A DNA stretch of 61,215 bases from a virus. Its lineage: Duplodnaviria; Caudoviricetes. Below are positions 9,093 to 18,614 of the stretch, one piece after another; position 1 is the first letter of the stretch; every line of letters begins with the position of its first letter. The position numbers and the translations under genes were made by a program. The stretch is taken from positions 1-61,215 of the IMG/VR virus record IMGVR_UViG_3300022833_000412. One strand, written 5' to 3'. The notes below the pieces were generated by a model. The model did not search any database and had not been told where the DNA came from. It saw only the letters and a list, made by a program, of their open reading frames with translations.

Positions 9093-10773
9093 GTCAAAAA
9101 TACTAGGAGAACCGTTCGATGAATATGTAAGTAAACAAATCGAAGTAAGACAGAACCGTTTAGGAACATCACAAAAGACTGCAGACGATTTAAAAGTCTT
9201 TAATGCAAGTACCCCGTGGATAAGACTAAGCTCATCAGTAAGTGTAGACGCTACAAGAGCTAAGAAGTTAGCAGAGAGGTTAGGTCCAAATGTAACTACC
9301 GAACAAGTACAGGGTTACAATCTAGCTAAAAACCTAGTCTTATTTGCAGGTTCTTCAGAAGCATTAGATAGTAAGATAAGAGGGGGTTTAACTCGAGGAG
9401 GGTTCGATGGAAGTTACGGATTTTTATCAGATCCTAAGACTCAAGGTTATAAACCAATGCCTGGACTAAGTAATGTCAACGTAAACTATAAAAACAACGG
9501 ATCGCTAAAACAAGCTCAAGTAAACATTAAATGTTTTAGTAAGGGTCAATTTGAAGCACTTGAGACCCTGTATTTAAGATTAGGTTATACCTTAATTCTA
9601 GAATGGGGACACTCTATGTACTACGATAACTCTACTGAGAAGCAGAATATGAGTTCTTTAGAAATACCTAACGCTCTTTTTCAAACAGACAGTAACATAG
9701 GTAGTAAAATACTCACTAAGAGTATAGCAGATAATAAAGATAGAACAGGAGGTAACTACGATGCAATAGTTGCAAAAGTAAGTAACTTCTCCTGGACTCT
9801 AAACAACGACTTAAGTTACGATATAATATTAAATTTAGTATCAGTAGGAGACGTTATTGACTCTTTAAAAATGAACCTAGGTGGAGGTAGAGGGGTTAGC
9901 AAAGAGAATAGTAAAGTCAACGGTAAAGTTAATCAAGGGTTACAAAACATATTAAACCTACGGTTAAGTAAAGAAGTGTCACTACTAAACGCATTCCTTT
10001 ATGACCTAACAGACGAACTGCTAACAAAGACATCAAAAACCCAGTTTCAAAAAACAACCCAGAAGATAGTGGAGGACTTAAACCTAGTAGAGACGTTAGT
10101 AGAAGAGGCAGAAGATAAAAAGTTAAAAGCTAATTACATAAGTACGATTAAAGCCCAACGTTCTGCCTTTACCGAACCATACGACAAATTAATAGAATTT
10201 CTCAACGGTAAAATATTAATAAAAAATGACAGAACAGATCAAGTAACCTTTAAGTATATAAACTCAGAAGCTACAAGCAGTAAGTTACTAAAGAAGTACC
10301 TTACTCTAGCCCTCGAACTTCCCCCGTTTACGTATGTTAACCAAGTGGATTATATATATACACATAGATTTATAAAAACATTAGGTTACGAGTTAATAAA
10401 TAATAATATGAACTCAGAACTGACATTAAAGAGAGACACTACAAAAAGAATATCGGCAACCTTTGAAAACTTTAAACAAGTACTTGCTGATACGGAAAAT
10501 TACATTAAAAACCTTAACGTTACTGGAGTAACTAACACTGAAGAAAAAGACATTCAGACAAACACAGACGAAATAAACTTCCTAATCAAGTCCTTACCCT
10601 CTAGGAACTCCGTACTAATTAACCTTTATGAATACGGAGCATGGGAAGGAAACGGAAGAAATCTATTTGGCCTTTCGACAGGTACTCCTCTAAAGTATGA
10701 GCATAACAACCTAAAACTAAAAAATTCAACTAGTAGGAACCAGTTCTTAGAGTTTATAAAAAGAGATCGATAA
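9085..10773 (+). CDS. Baseplate hub-like protein, N-terminal part
   Basis: PMPGLSNV..GSLKQAQVNIKC, LYLRLGYTLILEWG and GNYDAIVAKVSNFSW motifs; position after the LysM gene. Confidence 0.65.
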   Translation: MAKSKILGEPFDEYVSKQIEVRQNRLGTSQKTADDLKVFNASTPWIRLSSSVSVDATRAKKLAERLGPNVTTEQVQGYNLAKNLVLFAGSSEALDSKIRGGLTRGGFDGSYGFLSDPKTQGYKPMPGLSNVNVNYKNNGSLKQAQVNIKCFSKGQFEALETLYLRLGYTLILEWGHSMYYDNSTEKQNMSSLEIPNALFQTDSNIGSKILTKSIADNKDRTGGNYDAIVAKVSNFSWTLNNDLSYDIILNLVSVGDVIDSLKMNLGGGRGVSKENSKVNGKVNQGLQNILNLRLSKEVSLLNAFLYDLTDELLTKTSKTQFQKTTQKIVEDLNLVETLVEEAEDKKLKANYISTIKAQRSAFTEPYDKLIEFLNGKILIKNDRTDQVTFKYINSEATSSKLLKKYLTLALELPPFTYVNQVDYIYTHRFIKTLGYELINNNMNSELTLKRDTTKRISATFENFKQVLADTENYIKNLNVTGVTNTEEKDIQTNTDEINFLIKSLPSRNSVLINLYEYGAWEGNGRNLFGLSTGTPLKYEHNNLKLKNSTSRNQFLEFIKRDR

Positions 10774-12764
10774 TGAGCACAGAAAGCAATACAGACTTTA
10801 TAAACAAAATAAAGGAGAAAACATACGGAGGTTTTAACGCCATAGAGTATGCAGATGGAGGGTTAGAAGTATACCTCTCCTTTAAAGCTCTTTTAGAATG
10901 GACAAACAGTAATGTAAACTTATTCTCAGACACTGAAGAATTAATAAAAATAGACTTCGAATCTGATAAACCTATGTTTATGTTCTCTACCTCTTTGTCC
11001 GCCAATCTACAAAAATGCTACATACGGAACACATACCTTAATACAACACAAGGTACATTATTCCGGAGTCCACGATTAGAACGAAACGCAACTCTACCAG
11101 CACCTTTTAACGATATAAGCGCATTTAACCAAAGCCGACTTAGGACTCTTAAAGAATCTCTAGATTCAGACGGACAAAAGGTATCTACCGATTCAAACCT
11201 AACTTATATTTTTCCTACTATAGGTAATATAAACAACATCTACATAAATGCTGCATTCCTTTCCGGACAACTACATAAGTTAAGCGATAATGAAAGTAAT
11301 AAAGTCTCAATACGTGAATTCTTACAAAGTATATGCGACGGGGTAACTAAAGCCTTAGGAAGTGTTAACGACCTACAAGTAGTAGGAGATGTAGACGGTA
11401 TTCAGAATATACTAACTATAGTAGATTTTCAACAAGTACGTATAAAAGGTCTTTCGAAGAGTTCAAACGTCGACCAGTACAAAGCAGTAACTATACAAGC
11501 TCAAGGATTGAAAAGCATGGTTACAAACATATCTGCACAATCCTCCATTACCCCTGACCTTGCTACTGTAATCTCTACCGGAGCTCAAGCGCAGGGAGAA
11601 GTATTAGGAGAGGAAGCTGTATCTTTCTCGAGACTAAGTAAAGGGTTAACCGATAGAGTGTATCCGAGTAAACAAATAGGAGAGCAGGTCAAAGTAGCAG
11701 CAGTAACAAAGAAAGAAGAGAGAGCTAAGAAAGCCTTAAGTAAATTCGAAGGAAACTTAGATGCCTACGCAAAACTAGCATTAAACCAACAACCCGGTAC
11801 AGACGGTATTTTTAGTCATATAAGTTTAGAGTCGAATAGTAAAGAAGGTATGGAGAATATACCAGTAGAGCTTTACAAATACCTACTAGGAGCATTCACA
11901 GAAACAAACCAAACAAGCACAGGGTTCATACCAATAAAATTAAACCTATCCATATACGGAATAAGCGGAATAAAGATATTCCAAAAGTTTAAAATTACAG
12001 ACGACGTACTTCCCTTTTCGTACGACCAGAAGTATGACTTTACAGTAACCGGCGTAAGTCATACTGTAGATAATTCAAAATGGGTAACAACCATATCTTC
12101 TATAATGGGATTAGAAGCACTACCTGCAGATAGAGCAACAAGACTTAGTAATGAAGAAGCTTTTGCCCCTCAATTAAACTTAGAAAAAACTCAAACCATA
12201 GCAAAGCCTGATAAGAATGATAAGCAAGCTATTACAATACTTACTGTAAACGCAACAAAAAAAGCTGTTATAAACGGTGAAGTTCCTGCTGAGTATATGA
12301 GAGAACTAAATAAAGAATTATTCCCTTATAATAAGTGGAAAGGTAGTACCTTAACGAGCGATAAAGGTAGGATAAGGTTATTAAGACCGGTAATGTCAAA
12401 CTTAGAGAAAATGCTCACAGCATACAGTAAAGATAATCCAAACACTCCAATGCGTATAAATTCTGCATATAGAACTTTTGAAAATCAAGTAGCTATTAAG
12501 GACTTGTGGTTAAAAGCCGGTGACGGAGCAAAAGCAGCTACTGCTGGAACATCAAAACACGGATTCGGTATGGCAATAGATTTTGCAAATAGTAGTGGAA
12601 CAAAGCTGAAAGTAGATATGTCGCAATATAAATGGCTTAAGGTAAATGCTGGGAAATACGGTTTTAAAAGGTTACCAAACTGGAAAGACAAAAAAGACCT
12701 TGAGAACTGGGAAGCCTGGCATTGGCAAAATATAAACCCAGGAGAAATAAAGACAGGTACCTAA
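10773..12764 (+). CDS. Baseplate hub-like protein, C-terminal part, fused to an M15 (VanY-like) D,D-peptidase
   Basis: GISGIKIFQKF and FTVTGVSHTVDNSKWVTTI hub-like segments. The C-terminus has INSAYRTFENQ, SKHGFGMAIDF and EAWHW (SxHxxGxAxD / ExWH). Confidence 0.8.
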   Translation: MSTESNTDFINKIKEKTYGGFNAIEYADGGLEVYLSFKALLEWTNSNVNLFSDTEELIKIDFESDKPMFMFSTSLSANLQKCYIRNTYLNTTQGTLFRSPRLERNATLPAPFNDISAFNQSRLRTLKESLDSDGQKVSTDSNLTYIFPTIGNINNIYINAAFLSGQLHKLSDNESNKVSIREFLQSICDGVTKALGSVNDLQVVGDVDGIQNILTIVDFQQVRIKGLSKSSNVDQYKAVTIQAQGLKSMVTNISAQSSITPDLATVISTGAQAQGEVLGEEAVSFSRLSKGLTDRVYPSKQIGEQVKVAAVTKKEERAKKALSKFEGNLDAYAKLALNQQPGTDGIFSHISLESNSKEGMENIPVELYKYLLGAFTETNQTSTGFIPIKLNLSIYGISGIKIFQKFKITDDVLPFSYDQKYDFTVTGVSHTVDNSKWVTTISSIMGLEALPADRATRLSNEEAFAPQLNLEKTQTIAKPDKNDKQAITILTVNATKKAVINGEVPAEYMRELNKELFPYNKWKGSTLTSDKGRIRLLRPVMSNLEKMLTAYSKDNPNTPMRINSAYRTFENQVAIKDLWLKAGDGAKAATAGTSKHGFGMAIDFANSSGTKLKVDMSQYKWLKVNAGKYGFKRLPNWKDKKDLENWEAWHWQNINPGEIKTGT

Positions 12765-12777
12765 AAATAAATGTAAA

Positions 12778-13368
12778 ATGTACTATCCGAAATCTAAAAT
12801 AATAACCGACTTATTTACAAATGGAAACGAACTTGTCTATGTAGATACGGAACAACCTTATATAGGAGAATACCATATACTTTCAAACGGCAATATTACC
12901 ACAGGTAAGACACCTAGCGATGGTCAACAACGAAGACTTAAACCTTCGAACGCTACAATCTTTGCAGACAGTACCGGAGATACCTCAACAGTACAAGCTA
13001 CAGATATAGTATCAAATACCACGTATGATTATATTAGAGAGAAGCAGCAAATTGAAAGACCGAACCTCGAACTAATAGAACCTCAATATAGTAAACCATT
13101 AGGTAACTTCCCTTCCTTTACCCGCTACTTCTTAAGAAGAACAAATAACGCAATATTTACAGAAGTAAGTAAGGAAGATTATGAGATGGTACAATCTAAA
13201 AACGCCTCATACAATTGGGGTATATACATTCCATTTCAATTAACGTGGACGACCTCTGGTGTAGATTTAGAAGGCATTAATAGAAGAATGGTAACTCTAG
13301 TAGAAGGCAGGTTTAAAGTATACGGTCTCTCACAGTACATTACAAATTATACCGAGTTCACAGTCTAA
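12778..13368 (+). CDS. Hypothetical (tail-module) protein
   Basis: 196-aa ORF (MYYPKSKI..., FTRYFLRRTN) at the end of the tail operon. Confidence 0.7.
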   Translation: MYYPKSKIITDLFTNGNELVYVDTEQPYIGEYHILSNGNITTGKTPSDGQQRRLKPSNATIFADSTGDTSTVQATDIVSNTTYDYIREKQQIERPNLELIEPQYSKPLGNFPSFTRYFLRRTNNAIFTEVSKEDYEMVQSKNASYNWGIYIPFQLTWTTSGVDLEGINRRMVTLVEGRFKVYGLSQYITNYTEFTV

Positions 13369-13369
13369 G

Positions 13370-13400
13370 TTGTATACCCGACCTACTTTTCTTATATTAA
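13370..13400 (+). promoter_or_regulatory. Bacteroidota-type sigma70 promoter TTG-N20-TATATT(T/A)A (representative copy)
   Basis: TTG copies with the same 20-nt spacing at 13370, 15113, 17078, 17488, 18550, 24448, 25987, 26978, 27981, 32231, 34638, 39031, 42312, 47427, 49264, 50486, 53221, 53517, 54243, 55008, 56483, 58460, 59861 and 60173. TAG variants at 29807, 31223, 51032 and 51752. Resembles the Bacteroidota -33 TTG / -7 TAnnTTTG consensus. Confidence 0.85.
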
Positions 13401-13410
13401 AGAAAAGGTT

Positions 13411-14682
13411 ATGTTTTGGTTAATAGAGACACAAGAGCAGTTCGATGAACTAAAAAGCGTTAAGCTAGCAAATATAATAGCTATACCTATTAATAGGCAC
13501 CCGGACGGACACCCGGCTATATACTCCCCCCTAGGTTTATATGTAAAAGATATACAGACTGAAGAAGGATACCTTTTGAACTTCTTACACAGTGAAGCTA
13601 TGAAAATAGACCCTATAAAAGTTAAAGAGTGGTTAAACGACATAGATACAGTCTATACACCGGACGGTAAAGCTTTTAGGTACTTTCACCAGAGTAAAGA
13701 AACTACCACCCTCCCTATAATAAAAGAAGAAACAGTACAAGCATTAAACTACTTCTCCAGGAGATACTATAACGACCCGGACCAAGGAAACATAGTGCCG
13801 ATAGTGAAACATTACGAATACTGTGAGAAAATATCAAAGCAATACTTAGAAGTACTTAGCTCTTTTAAACCCGACGATTTCCGTAGAAAGGTAGAAGGTA
13901 TATTCTGGGGTATAGAAAGAAACGGGTTAAAGATGAACGGTACAGTAGGAGACTATTTTAACATAGAGAGACCCTTTCTAAACCTATATGACAACTACAT
14001 CTTAACACAGTATCGCCTTAATAATACTACAGGCAGGCCATCTAACAACTTTAATAGTATTAATTTCGCAGCACTTAATAAAGAAAACGGATGTAGAAGC
14101 GTATTCATACCTAGAAATGACCTCTTAATGGAGATAGATCTAGTCGCCTACCACCCTACCTTAATATCAAAACTAGTAAACTATGAATCACCTACCGGAG
14201 ATATATACGAAGACTTTGGTAAAATTTACGGAATGGATAGGGGTGAATCTAAGAAACTAGTATTTAAGCAACTATACGGTAATGTATTTAAACAGTATCA
14301 AGATTTCCCCTTTTTTAAACTAACAACTAAATACATAGATGAGCTTTGGAGTAAATATAAAGCACAGGGTTATGTAGACGGAGTAGATAATAAGTACAGG
14401 TTTCACAGTAAAGATCTACTTAATATGAACCCTCAAAAGCTATTTAACTACATCATACAAAATTACGAAACTGTAAGTAATGTTGGCTTAATAGAGAAAA
14501 TACTCTATCTTTTAGAAGATAAACGGTCTAAGATCGTACTGTATACTTATGATGCAATACTACTAGACCTAGCAGAGGAAGATACAGGAACCCTACGTAA
14601 AATAGTAGACGTCTTTAAGAACGAGAATTTAAAAATAACAATGAATGTTGGAAAAAACTATAACTCTTTACACCCCTTCTAA
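13411..14682 (+). CDS. Short, divergent family A DNA polymerase-like protein
   Basis: TTGRPSN, motif A EIDLVAYHP, motif B ESKKLVFKQLYG, motif C YTYDAILLD. No recognisable intact exonuclease motifs. Confidence 0.8.
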   Translation: MFWLIETQEQFDELKSVKLANIIAIPINRHPDGHPAIYSPLGLYVKDIQTEEGYLLNFLHSEAMKIDPIKVKEWLNDIDTVYTPDGKAFRYFHQSKETTTLPIIKEETVQALNYFSRRYYNDPDQGNIVPIVKHYEYCEKISKQYLEVLSSFKPDDFRRKVEGIFWGIERNGLKMNGTVGDYFNIERPFLNLYDNYILTQYRLNNTTGRPSNNFNSINFAALNKENGCRSVFIPRNDLLMEIDLVAYHPTLISKLVNYESPTGDIYEDFGKIYGMDRGESKKLVFKQLYGNVFKQYQDFPFFKLTTKYIDELWSKYKAQGYVDGVDNKYRFHSKDLLNMNPQKLFNYIIQNYETVSNVGLIEKILYLLEDKRSKIVLYTYDAILLDLAEEDTGTLRKIVDVFKNENLKITMNVGKNYNSLHPF

Positions 14683-14683
14683 T

Positions 14684-15109
14684 ATGTATGATAAAGAAAT
14701 AATAAAAAATCAGGAGATGTTAAAGAATAAACTACTGTGTACTTTCGTACAAGTTGAGGACTTAAATTACTTTATCGAAGATATTACCTCAAGACACTCT
14801 ATACTCTACGGAAAGATATTCGTATTAGAGGTAAAAGATTCAGAAGAATTAGCCTGCACGTATAATCTAGAAGAACCTAATATAGATACCCTTCCAGACA
14901 ACACAATTCTAGTGCATCGGAAAAAAACCTCAAACACGTTATATACGATAAACGCTCTTAACGAACTTATAAAAGAGTTAAACGGAGGAGTAGTGGATAC
15001 AAGATTCAGAGTAAACTGGAACCATTATAAAAATACAATACTACTAACAACACAAGGAAATTTAAAACTAGTAAAAACAAAGATTTACGAAATAAGAAAC
15101 GTACAATAA
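14684..15109 (+). CDS. Hypothetical conserved phage protein
   Basis: NTILVHRKKTSNTLYTINALN. ATG 14684 preferred over the overlapping TTG 14645. Confidence 0.7.
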   Translation: MYDKEIIKNQEMLKNKLLCTFVQVEDLNYFIEDITSRHSILYGKIFVLEVKDSEELACTYNLEEPNIDTLPDNTILVHRKKTSNTLYTINALNELIKELNGGVVDTRFRVNWNHYKNTILLTTQGNLKLVKTKIYEIRNVQ

Positions 15110-15161
15110 AAGTTGCTTTCTAGTAAAATAAGCTCTATATTAAATTAAATAAGTTATACTA

Positions 15162-15989
15162 ATGAACATAAGTGAAATTAAGTCGAAGCTACAAGCTTTG
15201 CAAACTCAAAAAAACGCTAGCTCTTCAGGGAAAAGCTCTAAAGATATATTCTTTAGACCAAGCGTAGGTAAGGAAGTTATTAGAATACTACCTTCCAAGT
15301 TTAACAAGTCGAATCCATTTTCGGAATTGTATTTCCATTACGGTATACATAAGTTCCCAATGTTCTCACCTATTAATACAGGAGATAAGGATCCGATAGT
15401 TGAATTCGTTAAACAATTAAGAGAAACCAATGATAAGGAAAATTGGAGACTTGCAAGAAAGTTAGAACCTAAGATGAGAGTATTCGTTCCTGTAATCGTA
15501 AGAGGTAAGGAAGACGAAGGCGTTAGGTTGTGGGGTTTCGGAAAAGAGATCTACATGGAACTACTCTCTATGGTAGAGGACGAAGACATAGGAGACTATA
15601 CTGATATTCTTACCGGTAGAGATCTAACATTGACTACCGTAGATTCAACACAAACAGGTACAGGGTATAGTAAAACAACACTACGACCTAGGACTGCACA
15701 AACTCCTTTAGCAGAAGAGAACGAAACAGTAAAGATACTACTTGAAAATCAACCTGATCCAATAGAATCTTTTACTAAGATGGAATTTGACAGGATGAAA
15801 GAGATACTACACGAATATTTAGCGCCAGACGAAGATACTTCTGAAAGCAAGATACCTGATGTAGCTTTTGAAACACCTTCATCACCTACGAATAAGTTCT
15901 CTCTAGAAAAACAAGGTAAACCTAAAGAATCTAAAGAAGATAAGTTTGATAGTCTTTTTAACGGAAAAAACGACGACCTACCGTTTTAA
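15162..15989 (+). CDS. Single-stranded DNA-binding protein (gp32-like)
   Basis: VIRILP, ELYFHY, GVRLWGFGK, DYTDILTGRDL; acidic tail ending DDLPF. Confidence 0.85.
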   Translation: MNISEIKSKLQALQTQKNASSSGKSSKDIFFRPSVGKEVIRILPSKFNKSNPFSELYFHYGIHKFPMFSPINTGDKDPIVEFVKQLRETNDKENWRLARKLEPKMRVFVPVIVRGKEDEGVRLWGFGKEIYMELLSMVEDEDIGDYTDILTGRDLTLTTVDSTQTGTGYSKTTLRPRTAQTPLAEENETVKILLENQPDPIESFTKMEFDRMKEILHEYLAPDEDTSESKIPDVAFETPSSPTNKFSLEKQGKPKESKEDKFDSLFNGKNDDLPF

Positions 15990-15996
15990 GTAAACT

Positions 15997-17046
15997 ATGG
16001 CGAAGACACAAAGTAAATCACTAACAGCAGCCGTATCCGCCGAACTTAAAAAAGGGTTTAACCTGGAAAAGTTCAAAGATAGTAAGATGCTAAGTAAAAA
16101 CGTCAGGTTTAAAGACCAAAAGTGGATCCCTTTATCTCCAGCGTTTCAAGAAGTCACTTCTATACCGGGTATCCCTATGGGGCATATAACCATGTTAAGA
16201 GGGCACTCAGACACTGGAAAGTCCACTGCACTATTGGAAGCAGCAATATCTGCACAGAAGGTAGGAATACTCCCTGTTTTTATCATCACAGAGATGAAAT
16301 GGAACTGGGAGCATGCTATCCAGATGGGATTACAGGTAGAGGAGGTAGTAGACGAACAAACAGGAGAGGTTTTAGATTACCGAGGAACTTTTATTTACGT
16401 AGATAGAGAAACTCTAAATACAATAGAAGACGTAGCTAGCTTTATCTTAGATCTAATTGACGAGCAGAAAAAAGGAGCACTTCCTTACGACCTTTTATTC
16501 CTATGGGATTCTGTAGGATCTGTACCGTGTGAACTATCAGTACGTTCTAATAAGAACAATAACGAATGGAATGCAGGAGCAATGTCTACTCAATTTGGTA
16601 ATCAGGTAAATCAACGAATTGTAATGTCTAGGAAGGAATCTTGTCCATATACAAATTCACTAGTAGTAGTAAACAAGGTATGGACTGCAAAACCGGATAA
16701 CCCGATGGGACAACCTAAGTTAGAGAACAAAGGAGGTAAGACTCTCTGGTACGACTCTACTTTAATAATTACATTCGGAAATATATCTAATGCCGGAACT
16801 TCTAAGATAAAAGCAGTGAAGAACGGAAAACAGATAGAGTTCGCTAAGAGAGCTAATATTCAGATAGATAAGAATCATATTAACGGGCTTACAACTCGAG
16901 GTAAGATTATTATGACCCCTCACGGTTTCATACTAGACGATGATAAAGCACTTAAGGACTATAAAGCAACCAACCAAGAAAACTGGGAGAGAATACTAGG
17001 AGGAGGAGACTTTGAAATAGTAGAAGAACTAGAAGAGAGTATCTAA
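15997..17046 (+). CDS. uvsX: RecA/UvsX-like recombinase
   Basis: Walker A GHSDTGKST, Walker B LFLWDSVG, GGKTLWY; adjacent to the SSB gene. Confidence 0.88.
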   Translation: MAKTQSKSLTAAVSAELKKGFNLEKFKDSKMLSKNVRFKDQKWIPLSPAFQEVTSIPGIPMGHITMLRGHSDTGKSTALLEAAISAQKVGILPVFIITEMKWNWEHAIQMGLQVEEVVDEQTGEVLDYRGTFIYVDRETLNTIEDVASFILDLIDEQKKGALPYDLLFLWDSVGSVPCELSVRSNKNNNEWNAGAMSTQFGNQVNQRIVMSRKESCPYTNSLVVVNKVWTAKPDNPMGQPKLENKGGKTLWYDSTLIITFGNISNAGTSKIKAVKNGKQIEFAKRANIQIDKNHINGLTTRGKIIMTPHGFILDDDKALKDYKATNQENWERILGGGDFEIVEELEESI

Positions 17047-17074
17047 GTTAGTATAACACATAACTGAAAAGAAG

Positions 17075-17098
17075 CCCTTGCTTATGCAGGGGTTTTTT
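17075..17098 (+). repeat. 24-bp direct repeat copy 1 (terminator overlapping a promoter)
   Basis: CCCTTGCTTATGCAGGGGTTTTTT, identical to 17485-17508. Confidence 0.9.
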
Positions 17099-17134
17099 AT
17101 TATCTTTAAGTATATTTATAAAACATAAGAAAAT

Positions 17135-17452
17135 ATGGAAGATTTTAATTTACGAAAGTACTTAGCCGAAGGGAAGCTGCTAAAAGAAGAAAAAGAAGGT
17201 GAACACAGTGAACGTAAAATGTCTCTACGTGGTACTGAAGAACTGGAAGAAACCGATTCAACATCTCCTTATGACGATACTGATTTTGAGAATGGAAATG
17301 GAGAAATAAATACGATCTTAAAAAAGTACGGGAAGTCTGAAGACTGGTTTATTGATACTATAATAAAAGGAGAAGAGCTTAGATCTGAAGAACTAGACGA
17401 CTTAGACTATATGGAAGAGTTAATACAACTTCACTTAACAAAAGAAGAGTAG
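17135..17452 (+). CDS. Acidic hypothetical protein, probable internal head protein
   Basis: Late box at 17113. The N-terminal FNLRKYLAEG motif is shared with 57506-58354. Confidence 0.7.
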   Translation: MEDFNLRKYLAEGKLLKEEKEGEHSERKMSLRGTEELEETDSTSPYDDTDFENGNGEINTILKKYGKSEDWFIDTIIKGEELRSEELDDLDYMEELIQLHLTKEE

Positions 17453-17484
17453 TATTAAAAGATAATTAATTAAAGTTACAATTA

Positions 17485-17508
17485 CCCTTGCTTATGCAGG
17501 GGTTTTTT
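17485..17508 (+). repeat. 24-bp direct repeat copy 2 (terminator overlapping a promoter)
   Basis: Identical to 17075-17098. Confidence 0.9.
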
Positions 17509-17526
17509 GTTATATTAAAGTAATAT

Positions 17527-18567
17527 ATGTCACAGGATCTAAGAGCAATGCTCGCAACCATTACAGAGCAGGAAAGTGCACCTGTAGTAGAGAAAAAATT
17601 TCATTCAAGAGTTTTAGTAATAGACGCACTAAACCTCTTTTTTCGAAACTTTGCAACAATAAACTTCTTAAACAAGCAAGGAGTTCCAATCGGAGGGATG
17701 GCAGGGTTTATAAGATCTTTAGGATCTCTAATTCAACTAATACAACCGACCGGGGTTTATGTAATATTCGACGGAGTAGGTTCATCAACCAACAGAAAAA
17801 ACCTCCTACCAGAATACAAGTCTAATAGAGGTATAACTAGAATAACAAACTGGGATACTTACGATAACGTAGAAGAGGAAGGAGAGTCTAAAATAGACCA
17901 AGTAACAAGACTCATACACTACCTTCAATGCTTACCAGTAAAGACCGGAATGATAGATAAAGCAGAGGCGGATGATATGATTGCATACATGGCTGTAGAA
18001 CTACCTAAAAGAGAGAATTCAGACGTGGTAATAGTATCTTCAGATAAAGACTACCTTCAACTAGTAAATAACAAAGTAACAGTTTATAGACCAATAGGTA
18101 AGAAGTTCTACAAACAAAAAGAAGTAGCAGATGAATTCGGAATACATTCCGACAACTTTATAATATATAAAACTTTACTAGGGGATAAGTCAGATGCAAT
18201 AAACGGAATAAGAGGACTGGGACCTAAAACCTTACTAAAGAGATTCCCAGAACTAATAAACCATTCCCTAACGTTAGATGAGATCTTTGAAATATGTGAA
18301 GCTAAACTTACCCAACACAAAACATACGCGCAAGTATTACAAGCTGAAACTATGTTAAGGAATTCATACAAGTTAATGGATTTAAAAAATCCGATATTAG
18401 ATAAAAGGCAGATAGAGTATATAGAAACGCTACTCGCTGAAGATAACAACCCGTTTCATAAAAAAGAATTTTTACAACTCTACGAAATAGACGGAATCGA
18501 TCATTTTATTAGAGATATAGAAGGATGGGTTACAGAAAACTTTTTTAAGTTGAGTACTCTAAAATAA
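17527..18567 (+). CDS. 5'-3' exonuclease / flap endonuclease (T4 RNase H / PolI N-terminal-like)
   Basis: VIDALN, VIFDG, EYKSNR, EADDMIA, VSSDKDYLQL, LLGDKSDAINGIRGLGPKT. Confidence 0.92.
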   Translation: MSQDLRAMLATITEQESAPVVEKKFHSRVLVIDALNLFFRNFATINFLNKQGVPIGGMAGFIRSLGSLIQLIQPTGVYVIFDGVGSSTNRKNLLPEYKSNRGITRITNWDTYDNVEEEGESKIDQVTRLIHYLQCLPVKTGMIDKAEADDMIAYMAVELPKRENSDVVIVSSDKDYLQLVNNKVTVYRPIGKKFYKQKEVADEFGIHSDNFIIYKTLLGDKSDAINGIRGLGPKTLLKRFPELINHSLTLDEIFEICEAKLTQHKTYAQVLQAETMLRNSYKLMDLKNPILDKRQIEYIETLLAEDNNPFHKKEFLQLYEIDGIDHFIRDIEGWVTENFFKLSTLK

Positions 18568-18614
18568 ACACTTATATTAAAGTTAAATAATAGTAAACAA
18601 TAAGATAAAAAGTT

